A stretch of 64,000 nucleotides of DNA from Octopus sinensis. Taxonomy: Eukaryota. Positions 25,235 through 37,760 of this stretch are shown piece after piece (the stretch's first letter is position 1; the number at the start of each line of letters is the position of its first letter). Location: the NCBI RefSeq assembly GCF_006345805.1, contig NC_042999.1, forward strand, positions 37,820,001-37,884,000, read 5' to 3'. The translations under genes and the position numbers were made by a program. Below the pieces are notes generated by a model. The model worked only from the letters and a program-made list of their open reading frames with translations. It was not told where the DNA came from and did no database searches.

Positions 25235-25635
25235 AGGCGGCGAGCTGGTAGAAACGTTAGCGCGCCGGGCGAAATGCTTAGCGGTATTTCGTCTGTCGTT
25301 ACGTTCTGAGTTCAAATTCCGCCGAGGTCGACTTTACCTTTCATCCTTTCGGGGTCGATAAATTAAATACCAGTTCCGCACTGGGGTCAATGTAATCGAC
25401 TTAATACCTATGTCTGTCCTTGTTTGTCCCCTCTAAGTTTAGCCCCTTGTGGGTAATAAAGAAATAGGTATTTCGTCTGTCGCTACGTTCTGAGTTCAAA
25501 TTCCGCCGAGGTCGACTTTACCTTTCATCCTTTCGGGGTCGATTAAATAAGTACCAGTTACGCACTGGAGTCGATGCAATCGACTTAATCCCTTTGTCTG
25601 CCCTTGTTTGTCCCCTTTATGGGCAGTAAAGAAAT
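25235..25635 (+). mobile_element. SINE family C, partial dimer, 20-bp TSD
   Basis: Full unit followed by a second unit starting at gtatttcgtctg; atatactttac(t/a)cgtacata at 25215-25234 and 25636-25655. Confidence 0.9.
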
Positions 25636-25938
25636 ATATACTTTACACGTACATACATCTCTCTATCGATGGAACCATCCATCCAGCCATCATTCGATCT
25701 ATCCATTCATTCATCCATACTTACTTTCATACATACAAGTACAAATTTACACGCTAGAGGACTCATACTTTTACGCCACATTACGCTGAAGAACATCAGT
25801 TACAACGTTAACTTTTTAATTCTGAAATTTAGGCTGTCATCAAATAAATCGCTAATAAAAAAAGCTAATAAGTTTGCGCGAATGAAACTTCGGAAATATT
25901 TTTCTCCAATATATCTCTTCTTAACTGCAAATCAGAAT

Positions 25939-26142
25939 TAATTTCGTCTTGGCTACACTGAAATATTAAAACTTTAAGATACTATACACTAGAAAAGACG
26001 TATTCTTCAGCTAGAAATGCAAAAATTTCTCAAGCAGAAATGAAAATTCTTTAAGTTGCCTACTTGTACATTCATCCATCCCTCCATCCATCCATCCATC
26101 CATCCGTCCGTCCGTTCGTCCGTCCGTCCGTCCGTCGGTCGC

Positions 26143-26175
<33 letters not shown>

Positions 26176-26182
26176 GTCTCTG

Positions 26183-26229
<47 letters not shown>

Positions 26230-26255
26230 GTCAGTGAGTCTGTCTGTCTGCCTGT

Positions 26256-26289
<34 letters not shown>

Positions 26290-26310
26290 ACCTGTCTGTC
26301 TGTCTGTCTG

Positions 26311-26343
<33 letters not shown>

Positions 26344-26821
26344 ATCTATCTATCTGTCAGTGAGTCTGTCTGCCTGTCTGCCTGCCTGCCTACCTTCTGC
26401 CTGTCTGTCTGTCCGTCCGTCCGTCCATCTGTCTGTCTGTTTGCATGTTTGTACGTATGTATCATCATGTATAGCATGCTAAACGCAAATATACTGTTGA
26501 AACACTGGAAACCGCTAAATTTGGCTTAGATGCTAATTTCGTCTTGGCTACACTGAAATATTAAAACTTTAAGATACTATACAATAGAAAAGACGTATTC
26601 TTCAGCTAGAAATGCAAAAATTTCTCAAGCAGAAATGAAAATTCCTTTAGTTGCCCAATTTTACATCCATCCATCCATCTATCCGTCCGTCCGTCCGTCC
26701 GTCCGTCCGTCCGTCTGTCTGTCTGTCTGTCTGTCTGTCTGCCTGTCTGTCTGCCTGCTTGTCTGTCTGTCTGTCTGCTTGTCTGTCTGTCTCTCTGTCT
26801 GTCTCTCTCTGTCTGTCTCTT

Positions 26822-26855
<34 letters not shown>

Positions 26856-26856
26856 A
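25939..26856. repeat. Local tandem duplication, period ~595 bp (unique ~120 bp plus compound microsatellite)
   Basis: taatttcgtcttggctacactgaaatattaaaac...gcagaaatgaaaattc starts at 25939 and again at 26534. Confidence 0.9.
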
Positions 26857-27013
26857 CGGCCCTGTGTGGCTAATAAACTTATCTATCTCTCTCACTTATT
26901 CACTCACTCACTCACTCACTCACTCACTCACTCACTCACTCATTCAATCTCTGTCTTCCACAAGCTTACAAGCTAATCGCGACACTATCTCCTGTTCTGG
27001 CACTGTTATTCTC

Positions 27014-27141
27014 TATATCGCTAGCGGGGAGATGGATCCCCGTTACCTCTAGCAGTCAGGAGTCCAAGAAAGGTCGAAACCACATGATCTGGTGGTCTGA
27101 GTGGGGAGGTGACGGGGATTTATCTCCCCGCTAGCGGTATA
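27014..27141 (+). ncRNA. Long hairpin enclosing a degenerate type I hammerhead-like core (Penelope/retrozyme-type relic)
   Basis: 36-bp arms 27014-27049 / 27106-27141; loop has GAG-TCC-aagaaa-GG(t)C-GAAA-CCAC-loop-GTGG-TC; the CUGA part of the core is missing. Confidence 0.5.
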
Positions 27142-27777
27142 TAAGAGAGTTCATATTCAAACCAAAGTCAATATAAGAGTTTCTCTCCTGGTAACTAACG
27201 CAGTATAGTTTGTTCTTGTATAACATCCACATTTAAGTGTGAACAAATATTATCTCTCGGTATTAGTATTATCCCTGTCGCTAATATATATATATATTTA
27301 TATATATATGAGTTTATATGGAATGGATCCAGGGGTTAATTTGTTAAAATAAAGGTGGGGCTCCAGTGTAACCATATTTATATGAATGAAGCAAGTAAAT
27401 TTGTATAAAAGAATTAGAGAATACAGAGTAAATTGTAGTTATATAAATTAATTTAACTATGTGGTAATTTGAGTATATTTGTATTTCATCGTAGTTAATT
27501 TTAAATTTTAGGTTTCTAGTGAATGATATCCTAATGTTTAGTGATTTTATTCTCTCTTAGAGATCTTATTCTCTTTTTGTTAAAGCTAAAATTTGTATAA
27601 TTCACCTAAAAAGCTGATTTTAACGTACTGACTACTTGGTAAAATTATTAATTTATTAATTGATTAATTAATTTTACTCTTTATCATATATATATATATA
27701 TAAATTTGTGTGATATGCATGCATGCATATATATGTATATATATATATATTTGAATTCATATTTTCATAGAACTCTC

Positions 27778-28010
27778 TATTTCTTTACTACCCACAAGGT
27801 GCTTAACACAGAGGGGACAAACAAGGACAGATAAACGGATTAAGTCGATTACATCGACCCCAGTGCGTAACTGGTACTTAATTTATCGACCCCGAAAGGA
27901 TGAAAGGCAAAGTCATCCTCGGCAGAATTTGAACTCAGAACGTAACGACAGACAAAATACAGCTACGCATTTCCCCCGGCGTGCTAACGTTTCTGCCAGC
28001 TCGCCGCCTT
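27778..28010 (-). mobile_element. SINE family C, full length
   Basis: Reverse complement of 15918-16153; probable TSD ttcata(g/a)aact. Confidence 0.9.
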
Positions 28011-28864
28011 CATAAAACTATGCGTACGCATACATACATTATAGGAAATAACAGCTTCATTTACCTCTTGCTTCAATAGAATATGTTAATAAAAGTCATA
28101 TATAAATTTATCAGTTATTAGAATTGGCAGTATTGATTTAATATAGAAGAAATATGAAAATATAAGCCTTCAAATTAGACGGAAACTCGAAGAATACCTG
28201 ATTATTTATATTTTTATTGTACTCGCTTTATATTAGCCGTTTACTTGTTTTGTTTACTTATTGTGGTTCGATGTTCATCTTCTACTCGGAAAAAGAAAAT
28301 ATTTGACAGCTTTATCATTATTGAATCAGAAAAGAAAAAAAAAAAAAATAGAGGCTGGCACCAATAGAAGAAAAATGGCGATCGTGAGAGAAGAAGAATG
28401 ACAGATAGAGAGACATTTGGGAATAATGTCTGTGTTGGTAGGAGCCTTAATAAAATATTATCGTTGCTGGATTGTTTAAGTGACAAGTCCCAAGTCACAA
28501 GTGAATTTTGTGAAGTCTAACCATAGATATGAGGTCAAAAGTTGGTCAGGTTCAAGCCAGGCGAAGAGAATTAATCCTCAATAATATGCAGTGATGAAAA
28601 AACTGGAAATATTTATCCTTTCATGAATATTGACAGCACCACGTCAAATAGTACTTATACACACGCAGAATATATAAATTCTTACACAAGTACACACACG
28701 CACATATTCGTATATATTTTTAAATATATGTGTATGTGTACCAGTATGTGTGAATGTATCCTAACCATGGCAATTCTTACAATTATATGGCCTCTTTGAA
28801 TAGAACAACATTCACGGACACATATGTATGTATTGTGTATGCATTCATATATATCTTATAAAAG

Positions 28865-29187
28865 GAGCACTCCGTCGGTTGCGACGACGAGGGTCCCAGC
28901 TGATACGACCAACGGAATAGCTTGCTCGTGAAATAAACGTGCAAGTAGTTGAGCACTCCACAGATACTTGTACCCTTAACGTAGTTCTCAGGGAGATTCA
29001 GTGTGACACAGAGTGTGATAAGGCTGGTCCTTTGAAATACAGGCACTACTCATTTTTGCCAGCTGAGTGGACTAGAGCAATGTGTAATAAAGTGTCTTGC
29101 TGAAGGACACAACGCGTCGCCGAGAACTGAACTCACAACCTTACACTAGTGAGCTGAATGCCCTAACCACTAAGCTACGCTCCTTCA
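28865..29187 (-). mobile_element. SINE family D (CORE-like central domain) with tail X
   Basis: Minus strand gttgtgtccttcagcaagacactttatt...cactcagctggcaaaaatgagtag followed by the family B tail (gtatttcaaagg...cgcaaccgacggagtgctcc). Confidence 0.85.
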
Positions 29188-29210
29188 CATATATATATCT
29201 TATATATAAA

Positions 29211-29520
29211 GGGTAAAGACCCCCTTCGGTCATGAGTGACCATGGGTTTGCACCTAGAGAGTTACCCTCTGAGGCACAAGTCTGGGCAAGGTTGTTTTTT
29301 TTTTTTTATGGAAGACCAGTAGTCGCCCATGCATACCGGCCTCCCCTCTCCACGCCACCAGTGTTATCCAAGGGAAAGACAAAGGCTGATACAGCTTGGC
29401 ACCTGTGACGTCGCAACTCATTTCTACAGCTGAGTGAACTGGAGCAACGTGAAATAAAGCGTCTTGCTCAAGAACACAACACGCAGCCCGGTCCGGGATT
29501 CGAGCTCACAACCTCACGAT
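29211..29520 (-). mobile_element. SINE family D with a different tail Z, 5'-truncated
   Basis: Same CORE-like domain as 28865-29187, then tail ...ggagaggggaggccggtatgcatgggcgac...catgaccgaagggggtctttaccc, also present at 60255-60428. Confidence 0.85.
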
Positions 29521-29580
29521 CGTGAGGTTGTGAGCTCGAATCCCGGACCGGGCTGCGTGTTGTGTTCTTGAGCAAGACGC

Positions 29581-29587
<7 letters not shown>
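29452..29587. repeat. Perfect 136-bp palindrome (68-bp arms, no spacer)
   Basis: aaataaagcgtcttgctc...acctcacga|tcgtgaggt...gagcaagacgctttattt. Confidence 0.95.
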
Positions 29588-29656
<69 letters not shown>

Positions 29657-29671
29657 ATATATATATATAAT

Positions 29672-29704
<33 letters not shown>

Positions 29705-30445
29705 CATACATATAAGTATATATATGTATATATATATACAATAGATATTAATAATATTATGTATATATGTATAAGTGTGTGACCATGTAAGCTACATTGT
29801 AGATACGACTGTGCTCAAGTTCAGTCGTTTTTATTAAATATTCTTTCACAATAATTTTTAGTCCTCTATGTTATTTTTACAAAATTCCAGGAATTTGTGA
29901 TTTCCCTGAATAAAATGATATTAGTGGTGTTTTGTTTCCACGTTCTGTCTTAGGCATCGGATGATCATAGTAATAATGTAGTAGCACTGAATTTACCATG
30001 GCCAGTTTTAAACTTCATTAACGATTGATTGCCTACACAAACGGTAATTGGTTTCAGCTGCAATTTGTTTATATTTTGCAATGGATAAAACATAAGTAGT
30101 TAATTTACATTTTTGTTTTGTAGATGTTTTCTCCGTGTGTTGTATTATGATATATCATATTGGCCATATGTTCTAAATGCATAGAAACTGGTGACAAAGT
30201 TTTGTACGTGTATGGCCAATGTACTGTATATTGACTGACGTATAACCTCGTAACTATTGGATGCATATTTCCCTGAAAATAAAAATACACACATTCACGC
30301 ACACACATGCACACGTGCAAAAGCACATGCAAAAATACAACCAAAAGTTTTCAAACATACTGACATATACTTGTATTTATATACAGAGCTATGTATGTAT
30401 GTATGTATGTATGTATGTATGTATGTATGTATGTATGTATGTATG

Positions 30446-30514
<69 letters not shown>

Positions 30515-30519
30515 GTGTA

Positions 30520-30930
30520 GGCGCAAAGTGGCTGTGTGGTAAGTAGCTTGTTTACCAACCACATGGTTCCGGGCTCAGTCCCACTGCGTGGCACCTTGGG
30601 CAAGTGTCTTCTACTATAGCCTCGGGCCCACCAAAGCCTTGTGAGTGGATTTGGTAGACGGAAACTGAAAGAAGCCTGTCGTATATATGTATATATATAT
30701 ATATGTGTGTATGTGTTTGTGTGTCTGTGTTTGTCCCCCTAGTATTGCTTGACAACCGATGCTGGTGTGTTTATGTCCCCGTTACTTAGCGGTTCGGCAA
30801 AAGAGACCGATTGAATAAGTACTGGGCTTACAAAAGAATAAGTCTCGGGGTCGAGTTGCTCGATTAAAGGCGGTGCTACAGCATGGCCGCAGTCAAATGA
30901 CTGAAACAAGTAAAAGAGTGTAAAAGAGAA
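30520..30930 (+). mobile_element. SINE family A, full length
   Basis: Head, internal (TA)/(TG) tract and tail all present. Confidence 0.92.
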
Positions 30931-31413
30931 AGAGAGTGTATCTATCTATGTATCTATATATGTATCTATCTATGTATCTGTCTGTCTATCTATGTATCTA
31001 TCTATGTATCTATCTATGTATCTGTCTGTCTGACTGTCCATCCGTCTATCTGTTGGTCTGTCTGCCTGTCTGCCTGTCTGTCTGTCTTACTCTCTGCCTG
31101 TATATGCGTATATATGCTTATATCTGTTTATATATATATTTCTCTTTCTATCAGTCTTGATACTTAAACACGTGTGCGTTAGCATCCACGCACTTATACA
31201 GATAGATTTTCGTGCAGTTTTCGTCAAACGAATGTCAATGGGTATAAGTCGCCTAGAATCTGGTCCTCAATCCAATGAAACCCGTAACACTGTACTTTGA
31301 AGCAAACTACTTATCCTTGCAACAATGTATGCAGGCATTACTTAAACTAAACAAAACATTCTGAAGCAATGAATGATCTAGTATGTGATTTGTCGAAATG
31401 CAAGAGAGAGAGA

Positions 31414-31452
<39 letters not shown>

Positions 31453-32331
31453 CAAACCTCACTCAAATAACATACGTCCATTTTCAAAAAGTAACTACAT
31501 ATGTAATTAAAAAAATAAAACAATGAGTATACTGGAAAATGCAGTCCTAGAAATACAATGTGTAGGGCTTGGAAGTTCTTGATCACAAGCTTACTAAATG
31601 GGACTTTTCCTGGGGCTAAACAGTAGCTAATTACAAAATGAGTTGGAGTAAGAATGTCCTATTAGAAGACATGTTTTACATCCATCCAATGGCTTCTACC
31701 ACTAATTCCGACCAATGAAAGTGTCGCTGTGTATTTTCATATTAATTTTATAAAAGCTTCTTTCGCATATACAACTATATAGTTTTCAACCCCATACTGG
31801 CAAAATATCAACATAAATACGCTCATAGATATTCTGCCAAAGTAGTTAAATATACTTTTTTTTTCTGCGAGCAGGAAACTGACACTTTGTTTTGTGTCTG
31901 GACATTATCCAAATGTCATCTATTGAAAATTTATGGAAGATCAATAAGTAAAACCTGAATTCAATATATCTTTTATATGAAATGGGTGTATATTTGTGGT
32001 AGTACAGAAAGAACACTGCAACTGGGAATTGCACAAGTGTTATTTCAACTATTAAGACTGTCTCACAATATGTTGGCTGAATGGATTAAACCCAACGACA
32101 AATGTAAAATTCAATTGTCACTAAGTGTGACTAAGGGTGTCGACACACCTTTATTGATAGAAATAAGAGTTAAAATAATACTCTTAATTCTGTAGGAAGA
32201 GCGCAGATATATGCTGACAGGGGCGCCAACCACACCGTGAGAACTCGAAAATGTCAGCATGTATATATATATATATAAATTTCTTGGAAATGGATACGTG
32301 GCAATCAATCATATAATAATATAAATAATAT

Positions 32332-32362
<31 letters not shown>

Positions 32363-32374
32363 GCATATATATAT

Positions 32375-32406
<32 letters not shown>

Positions 32407-32418
32407 CACATATATGTA

Positions 32419-33385
32419 TATACAGGATGTCATAGAACGTAAACAAAATGAAATACGAAATATGAAAAGTTGGAATATGAACTTTTTTTTGCGAATAACG
32501 AAAGAAACAAATGGAAAATGACACAAGTAACTTAAAGAATCACCCTTCATAAGTTGTCGCCTGTTTTATCTACTCCGCATTCCGAGTAATTGAGAGAAGA
32601 TGTGCCTTCGTCAAAACAGTTGCTCCCGAAACGCGATTTAAATAAAATTGGGGATTTGCGGAAGGCCAAAGTTGGTAGAACAAGACAGTGAAAACAAACA
32701 GTAAGCCATAACCTTGTGAGGTGGCGAATGCTGGAGTTTTAGCGTAATTGCTTGAAATGCGTAGAAGATAAAACAGCTGACAACTGATGAAGGGTCGTTA
32801 TATTACTTGTCTTGTTTTCCATTTGTTTCTTTCGTTTCTTCTCTCTTCCTTTTTATTCCCCTTCTCCCCCTTTCGGTTTTTCTCTCTCATCCTTTCTCTA
32901 ACCGTCTCTCTCTCTTCCTCAGTCTTCCTCCTTTAATCTCTCGTTGCTCACACATGACCATCGGTCATCTTTCTTTTCCTAACTTGAGTTTCTTTCCTTT
33001 CGGTCAGCTACAGAGATAAGTTGCATTATTGTGCGTCTCTTGTCAAAGCTTGTTCCTCCAGCGATCGCCACCTCACCTCGTTATAACTTAGTAGCCCTTA
33101 CTGTTTGTTGCCTCTGTCCTGTTTTTGTTACCAGCTTTGACCCTTCGCAAATCCCAAATTTTATTTAATTTGCTCTGCCGAAGCAACTGTTTAGACGAAA
33201 GCGCATCTTGTCGTAATTGCTCGAAATGCGGAGTAGATAAAACAGTCAACAACTGATGAAGTGTCGTTCTTTATGTTACTTGTCTTGTTTTTCATTTCTT
33301 TCTTTCGTTGTTCGCAAAAAGTTCGCATTACATGTTTTCCTATTTCGTATTACATGTTGTTTACGTTCTATGATGTCCTGTACCC
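32419..33385. mobile_element. Inverted pair of a microsatellite-flanked repeat, probably Penelope-like terminal repeats
   Basis: 32419-32737 is a diverged reverse complement of 33056-33385; partial third copy at 32743-32840; CTGATGAAG motifs; related copy at ~63100-63400. Confidence 0.65.
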
Positions 33386-33455
33386 ATATATGCATATGTA
33401 TATACATATATATGTAAGTATGTACATACATGTACGTATATATACATATATAAAT

Positions 33456-33503
<48 letters not shown>

Positions 33504-35555
33504 GGTGTGTATGTGTGTGTGTGTAGAATATAATTAAAATATAAAAATATTCAAGCCACGAGCATTCAATCTTGAAAATGTGAAAGCAGCAAACTTCACT
33601 ATTCCAATTGTTGAATTAGCCAGATATGTTTATGCATGTAAGCATGTGTATGCTTTGTGCATGTATGTGTGTGTGTGTGTGTGTGGTTGTGTTTGCGAAT
33701 GTGTATTTGCAAAAATAATGATACATAATCATAATACCAAGATCTCAGTATGAGCACGCTGAGCTTACTGAGAGATATATAAATTGCAATCATTTGGCCT
33801 TTAAAGGTTTCATATGCACTTTCAATCATCAGTGAAGACAAAAAGCGAGTTGGAGAAAAAAAAGCTGTTCTGAATATAGTTGCATCATTAATCGTTTATT
33901 TTCCTGCCTAATTTTGTAATTTTATATTTCTTATCGACTAGTATTTTCTTATATAGTATCTTTTGTGTTATATGGTGTAGTGCATATGGTGTAGTGCATT
34001 AAAATTGGACCATACTCTAAGTGCATAATCAGCCATCAGGTGAATGTCATATACGTACGGCCAATATAATAGTTGACGTCACGAAGTTTACAGCTCTTAC
34101 GTTGGCAATCGTAATGTATAACTGGTAATTACTAGCATGTTCCTTGCATTACATAACTGTAGTTATTGTCGATAAAATGTTTTATAATTTTAGAGATTTT
34201 GCAATAGAAAGAATTGTTGTCAATTATCGTTTGATGTAATGTATTTGAAGTTCCATTGTACGATGCATAATGCATTCATTTATGAAATCATTTTTGATTT
34301 TCTAATTTACCAATTGAAAAGTCAACTTAACTAAAAGCCATGATCACCATTTTGAAGTTGAAATTATCTTTCCATTCGTAGGTATAGTATTTTACCGTAT
34401 AGAATATCATAAATGGAACGTTAATATATCATACTTCTGCATTCTGTTTTGAAGAATCTCAAAGTATAGAATAAACGAAGTAATATCTTTTAAAAATATA
34501 CTTCTTGCGAACATATATGTTCAAGTACTTTGAGGATGCAATCAGATTTGTAAGCAGTATTCTAACTTTTCTTTAACGCCAACGTTTCCTTTAATGTTTA
34601 AATTACGTCTTGTAAAAATTAATCTTTGAGTAGTTTCAATTAAGTAACACGCATCATGAATATTTAATTATTAGATAAGAGGGATTCCATGAGTCCAGGA
34701 TTAGATTCTACTACTGTAGAAGTATTTGTTGCTGCCGTTGTTTTATAGCCTTAATTTATATCTAATTTAGTAGATCTATGGTCAGAGGCCTTCAGACTCA
34801 AGTTTATTTTCAACCAAGTCTTATTTAGTCTGCATTATTAATTGTTAGTTCATATTACTTAAAATGCTAGGTTTGATTTGAGGAAAACCTGGTCGTTATT
34901 TGTAAAAGATCGTTAAACCTTGTAAAAGATTTGTCGTTTGATCGTGTTTGCTTTATGTTTGGAATTTGTTCTTTTTTTGGGGACTGCATGAGATATTTCA
35001 CGACATATTACTTCACGATACTGTATCATACATGCATTCATTGTCTTTAGATTGTAAAGGTAACACATATTCCAGCAATAAAAAAAACTTATTCTTTGAG
35101 ACAATTTAAACTATTCTTTGTTATAAAGTACTGTGATCCACACTTTTCCGGACCATTGTTGTAGTATGTGAGAGAAAATGTTTTTGCTAGCCCCTAGCTC
35201 ACTCCCCACTCCATTTCTTGGATGAAAGAGACACCGAGAGTGGCGTCTCACAACCTTTTCGTAGCGGAGTCAAGAGGATTGTGTGGGAGGTAAAGAAAAA
35301 GAGAGGAAAATAGTGCATATTTGATTCACTCCTCGTTTACAACCCCTGAAAGGATTAAATGCGAAGTTAACCGGATAGTTTTGACCTTAGAAGGTAAAGG
35401 AGACAAAACAATTACCAAAAGTCGTTTGTCCGACGCTCTAACGATTATGTCCATTGACTTCTTTGTATAAGGCAATAGGCAATACGTAATTACGCTCTTC
35501 TATTTCCCACTCAGTATATAACATGTGTGTGCATGAGAGAAATGCATTGTTTAAT

Positions 35556-35882
35556 GGAAGCACTCCGTCGGTTACGACGATGAGGGTTCCGGTTGATCCG
35601 AATCAACGGAACAGCCTGCTCGTGAAATTAACGTGTAAGTGGCTGAGCACTCCACAGACACGTGCACCCTTAACGTAGTTCTCGGGGATATTCAGCGTGA
35701 CACAGAGAGTGACAAGGCCGGCCCCTTGAAATACAGGTACAACAGAAACAGGAAGTAAGAGTGAGAGAAAGTTGTGGTGAAAGAGTACAGCAGGGATCAC
35801 CACCATCCCCTGCCGGAGCCTCGTGGAGCTTTAGGTGTTTTCGCTCAATAAACACCCACAACGCCCGGTCTGGGAATCGAAA
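35556..35882 (-). mobile_element. SINE family B, 5'-truncated, 12-bp TSD
   Basis: gcattgtttaat at 35544-35555 and 35883-35894. Confidence 0.92.
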
Positions 35883-36269
35883 GCATTGTTTAATACTGAA
35901 GTGATAAATATAACTGCGTGTAGAATGATTAAGAAGTATGATGCAGAGTTACTATCTTTCCAGTACTTATTGTTCCGCAGCTTGAGCGATTTTCTTATTT
36001 TACCGTTGTCTCAGTTTTATTCAAGCTTTGTGAGTGAATTGGGAGGGACAGAAACTTTATAGATTGTTTTGTAATTCAAAGATATGGCATTGCCACATAC
36101 TGTGTTACACTAATCCTACGCTGGATAGAAGTATTTATGGAATGTTCGGACACTTACACATTAATTCAACAAGAAGGTTATTTGGCCGATCGAATAACTC
36201 AATCATCTCGTCGAAAGTGATGGTGATCCATTCACTTAACTTACAAGGACAAATAAGTAAATCTGTTAT

Positions 36270-36650
36270 CATTTACTTGTTTCAGTCAAAGGACTGCTCC
36301 TATGCTGGGGCATCGCCTTGAAGGGTTTCTCAGTCGAATAAATCGCTCCCGAACTTATTTTTAATTCTGCGACTGATCTGATTGCTCTGTTTTATCGAAC
36401 CGCTAATTTAAGAGGACTACAACAAACCAATACCAGTTGTGAACTGATGGGGCTATGGGGACAAACACAGATACAAAGACACACATACATATATATATAC
36501 GTTGGGCTCTCGTACAGTTTTTGTCTACCGAATTCACTCACAAGGCATTGGTCAGCCCAGGACTATAACAGAAGATGACATGCAATGAAATCGAACGCAA
36601 AACCGTGGTTGCAAAACGATCTTCTTAACCATACATCCATACCCGCACCA
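36270..36650 (-). mobile_element. SINE family A, old degenerate copy
   Basis: ttacttgtttcagtc...gtctaccgaattcactcacaaggcattggtc. Confidence 0.7.
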
Positions 36651-37594
36651 ACTCACAATCATATATGTAAGTTATTTCATGCAATATCAAAACTCTAGAA
36701 CATTCGCCTTTTCTCTGCTTATTTTATATACGTGCGTACGAGCGCACACACGTCTGTGTATGTATGATCGCATATATATATATGTGTATATGTGTTGTAT
36801 GTTTATAGTTCAGCAGATATGCTGATGAAATCTCTCGTCGAGCGTAAGACTCAATACACTTTTGCTTACTTGCAGTTATTACGCAGGTTAAAACACTTTT
36901 CAGAATTACCAAACCCTTAAGTTGGTGAAACATTTTCAGACAACAGTATTAGTATTAACATTAGTATTAATAGTAATATAATTTGTAGTCGCAGTAGTAA
37001 TAGTATGTAGTAGTAGCGCTGTTGATAATGGCTTTTGCTTTGGTTTTTCTTTTCTTTCATTTTTGCCCATTTCTTTTGTGTCTATATGTGTTCCGTGAAG
37101 TTATTTCATCTGACATGATGGTGGATTAATTGAAGTGACCAGTTCTGGCTGATCTCAAATCCTTTTTAAATCTCTATTGTTAATGTATCTTGCTTGATCA
37201 AATTGTATTTTTAACTCTTTACAGCGTTCGTATTTTTTGTGGAATTTTGTTTTTTTTATTCTTTTTTTTTACGGTAGAACACTTTCCAGAACACTTTAAA
37301 GGAGATTATTAAAGACAAGGAAGTTCGCAAGAAGTATAAAAATGAGAGAGAGAAAAGAACAAACAAAAAAACAAACACACACACAAAAAAAAAGCAAGCA
37401 ATAAATAAAGAAAGAAAATGGAGAAAGTTGGAACGAAAATAGAACTGAAAAGAGTCGGAAAGTGGTTTGATGAAGAAAAAAAAAAGACGGTAAAGAAATG
37501 ATGGCCGATAGAGAAAACGAGAAAATAGCTGTAAAGGCGGACAGTATGAGACAAGAACAAAAATAAATGAATGAAGAAATAAATACGAAATATA

Positions 37595-37760
37595 CAAGTA
37601 TAAAAAATGTAAAAATCTAAGATATATAAAATGTAAACAACATAAAAACAAAAATATAAAATATAAAAATATAGAATATATAAAAATATAAAAATTTGAA
37701 ATATAAAAAATATAGAAAATATAAAAATATAAAGCATAAAAAGGTATAAATGATATAAAA
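37595..37760. repeat. A-rich degenerate (AAAATAT)n low-complexity repeat
   Basis: Seen directly. Confidence 0.85.

Noticed and set aside
25235-25635. Repeated units as a CRISPR-like array
   Set aside because: Eukaryotic SINE dimer; no repeat-spacer structure or cas genes anywhere in the window.
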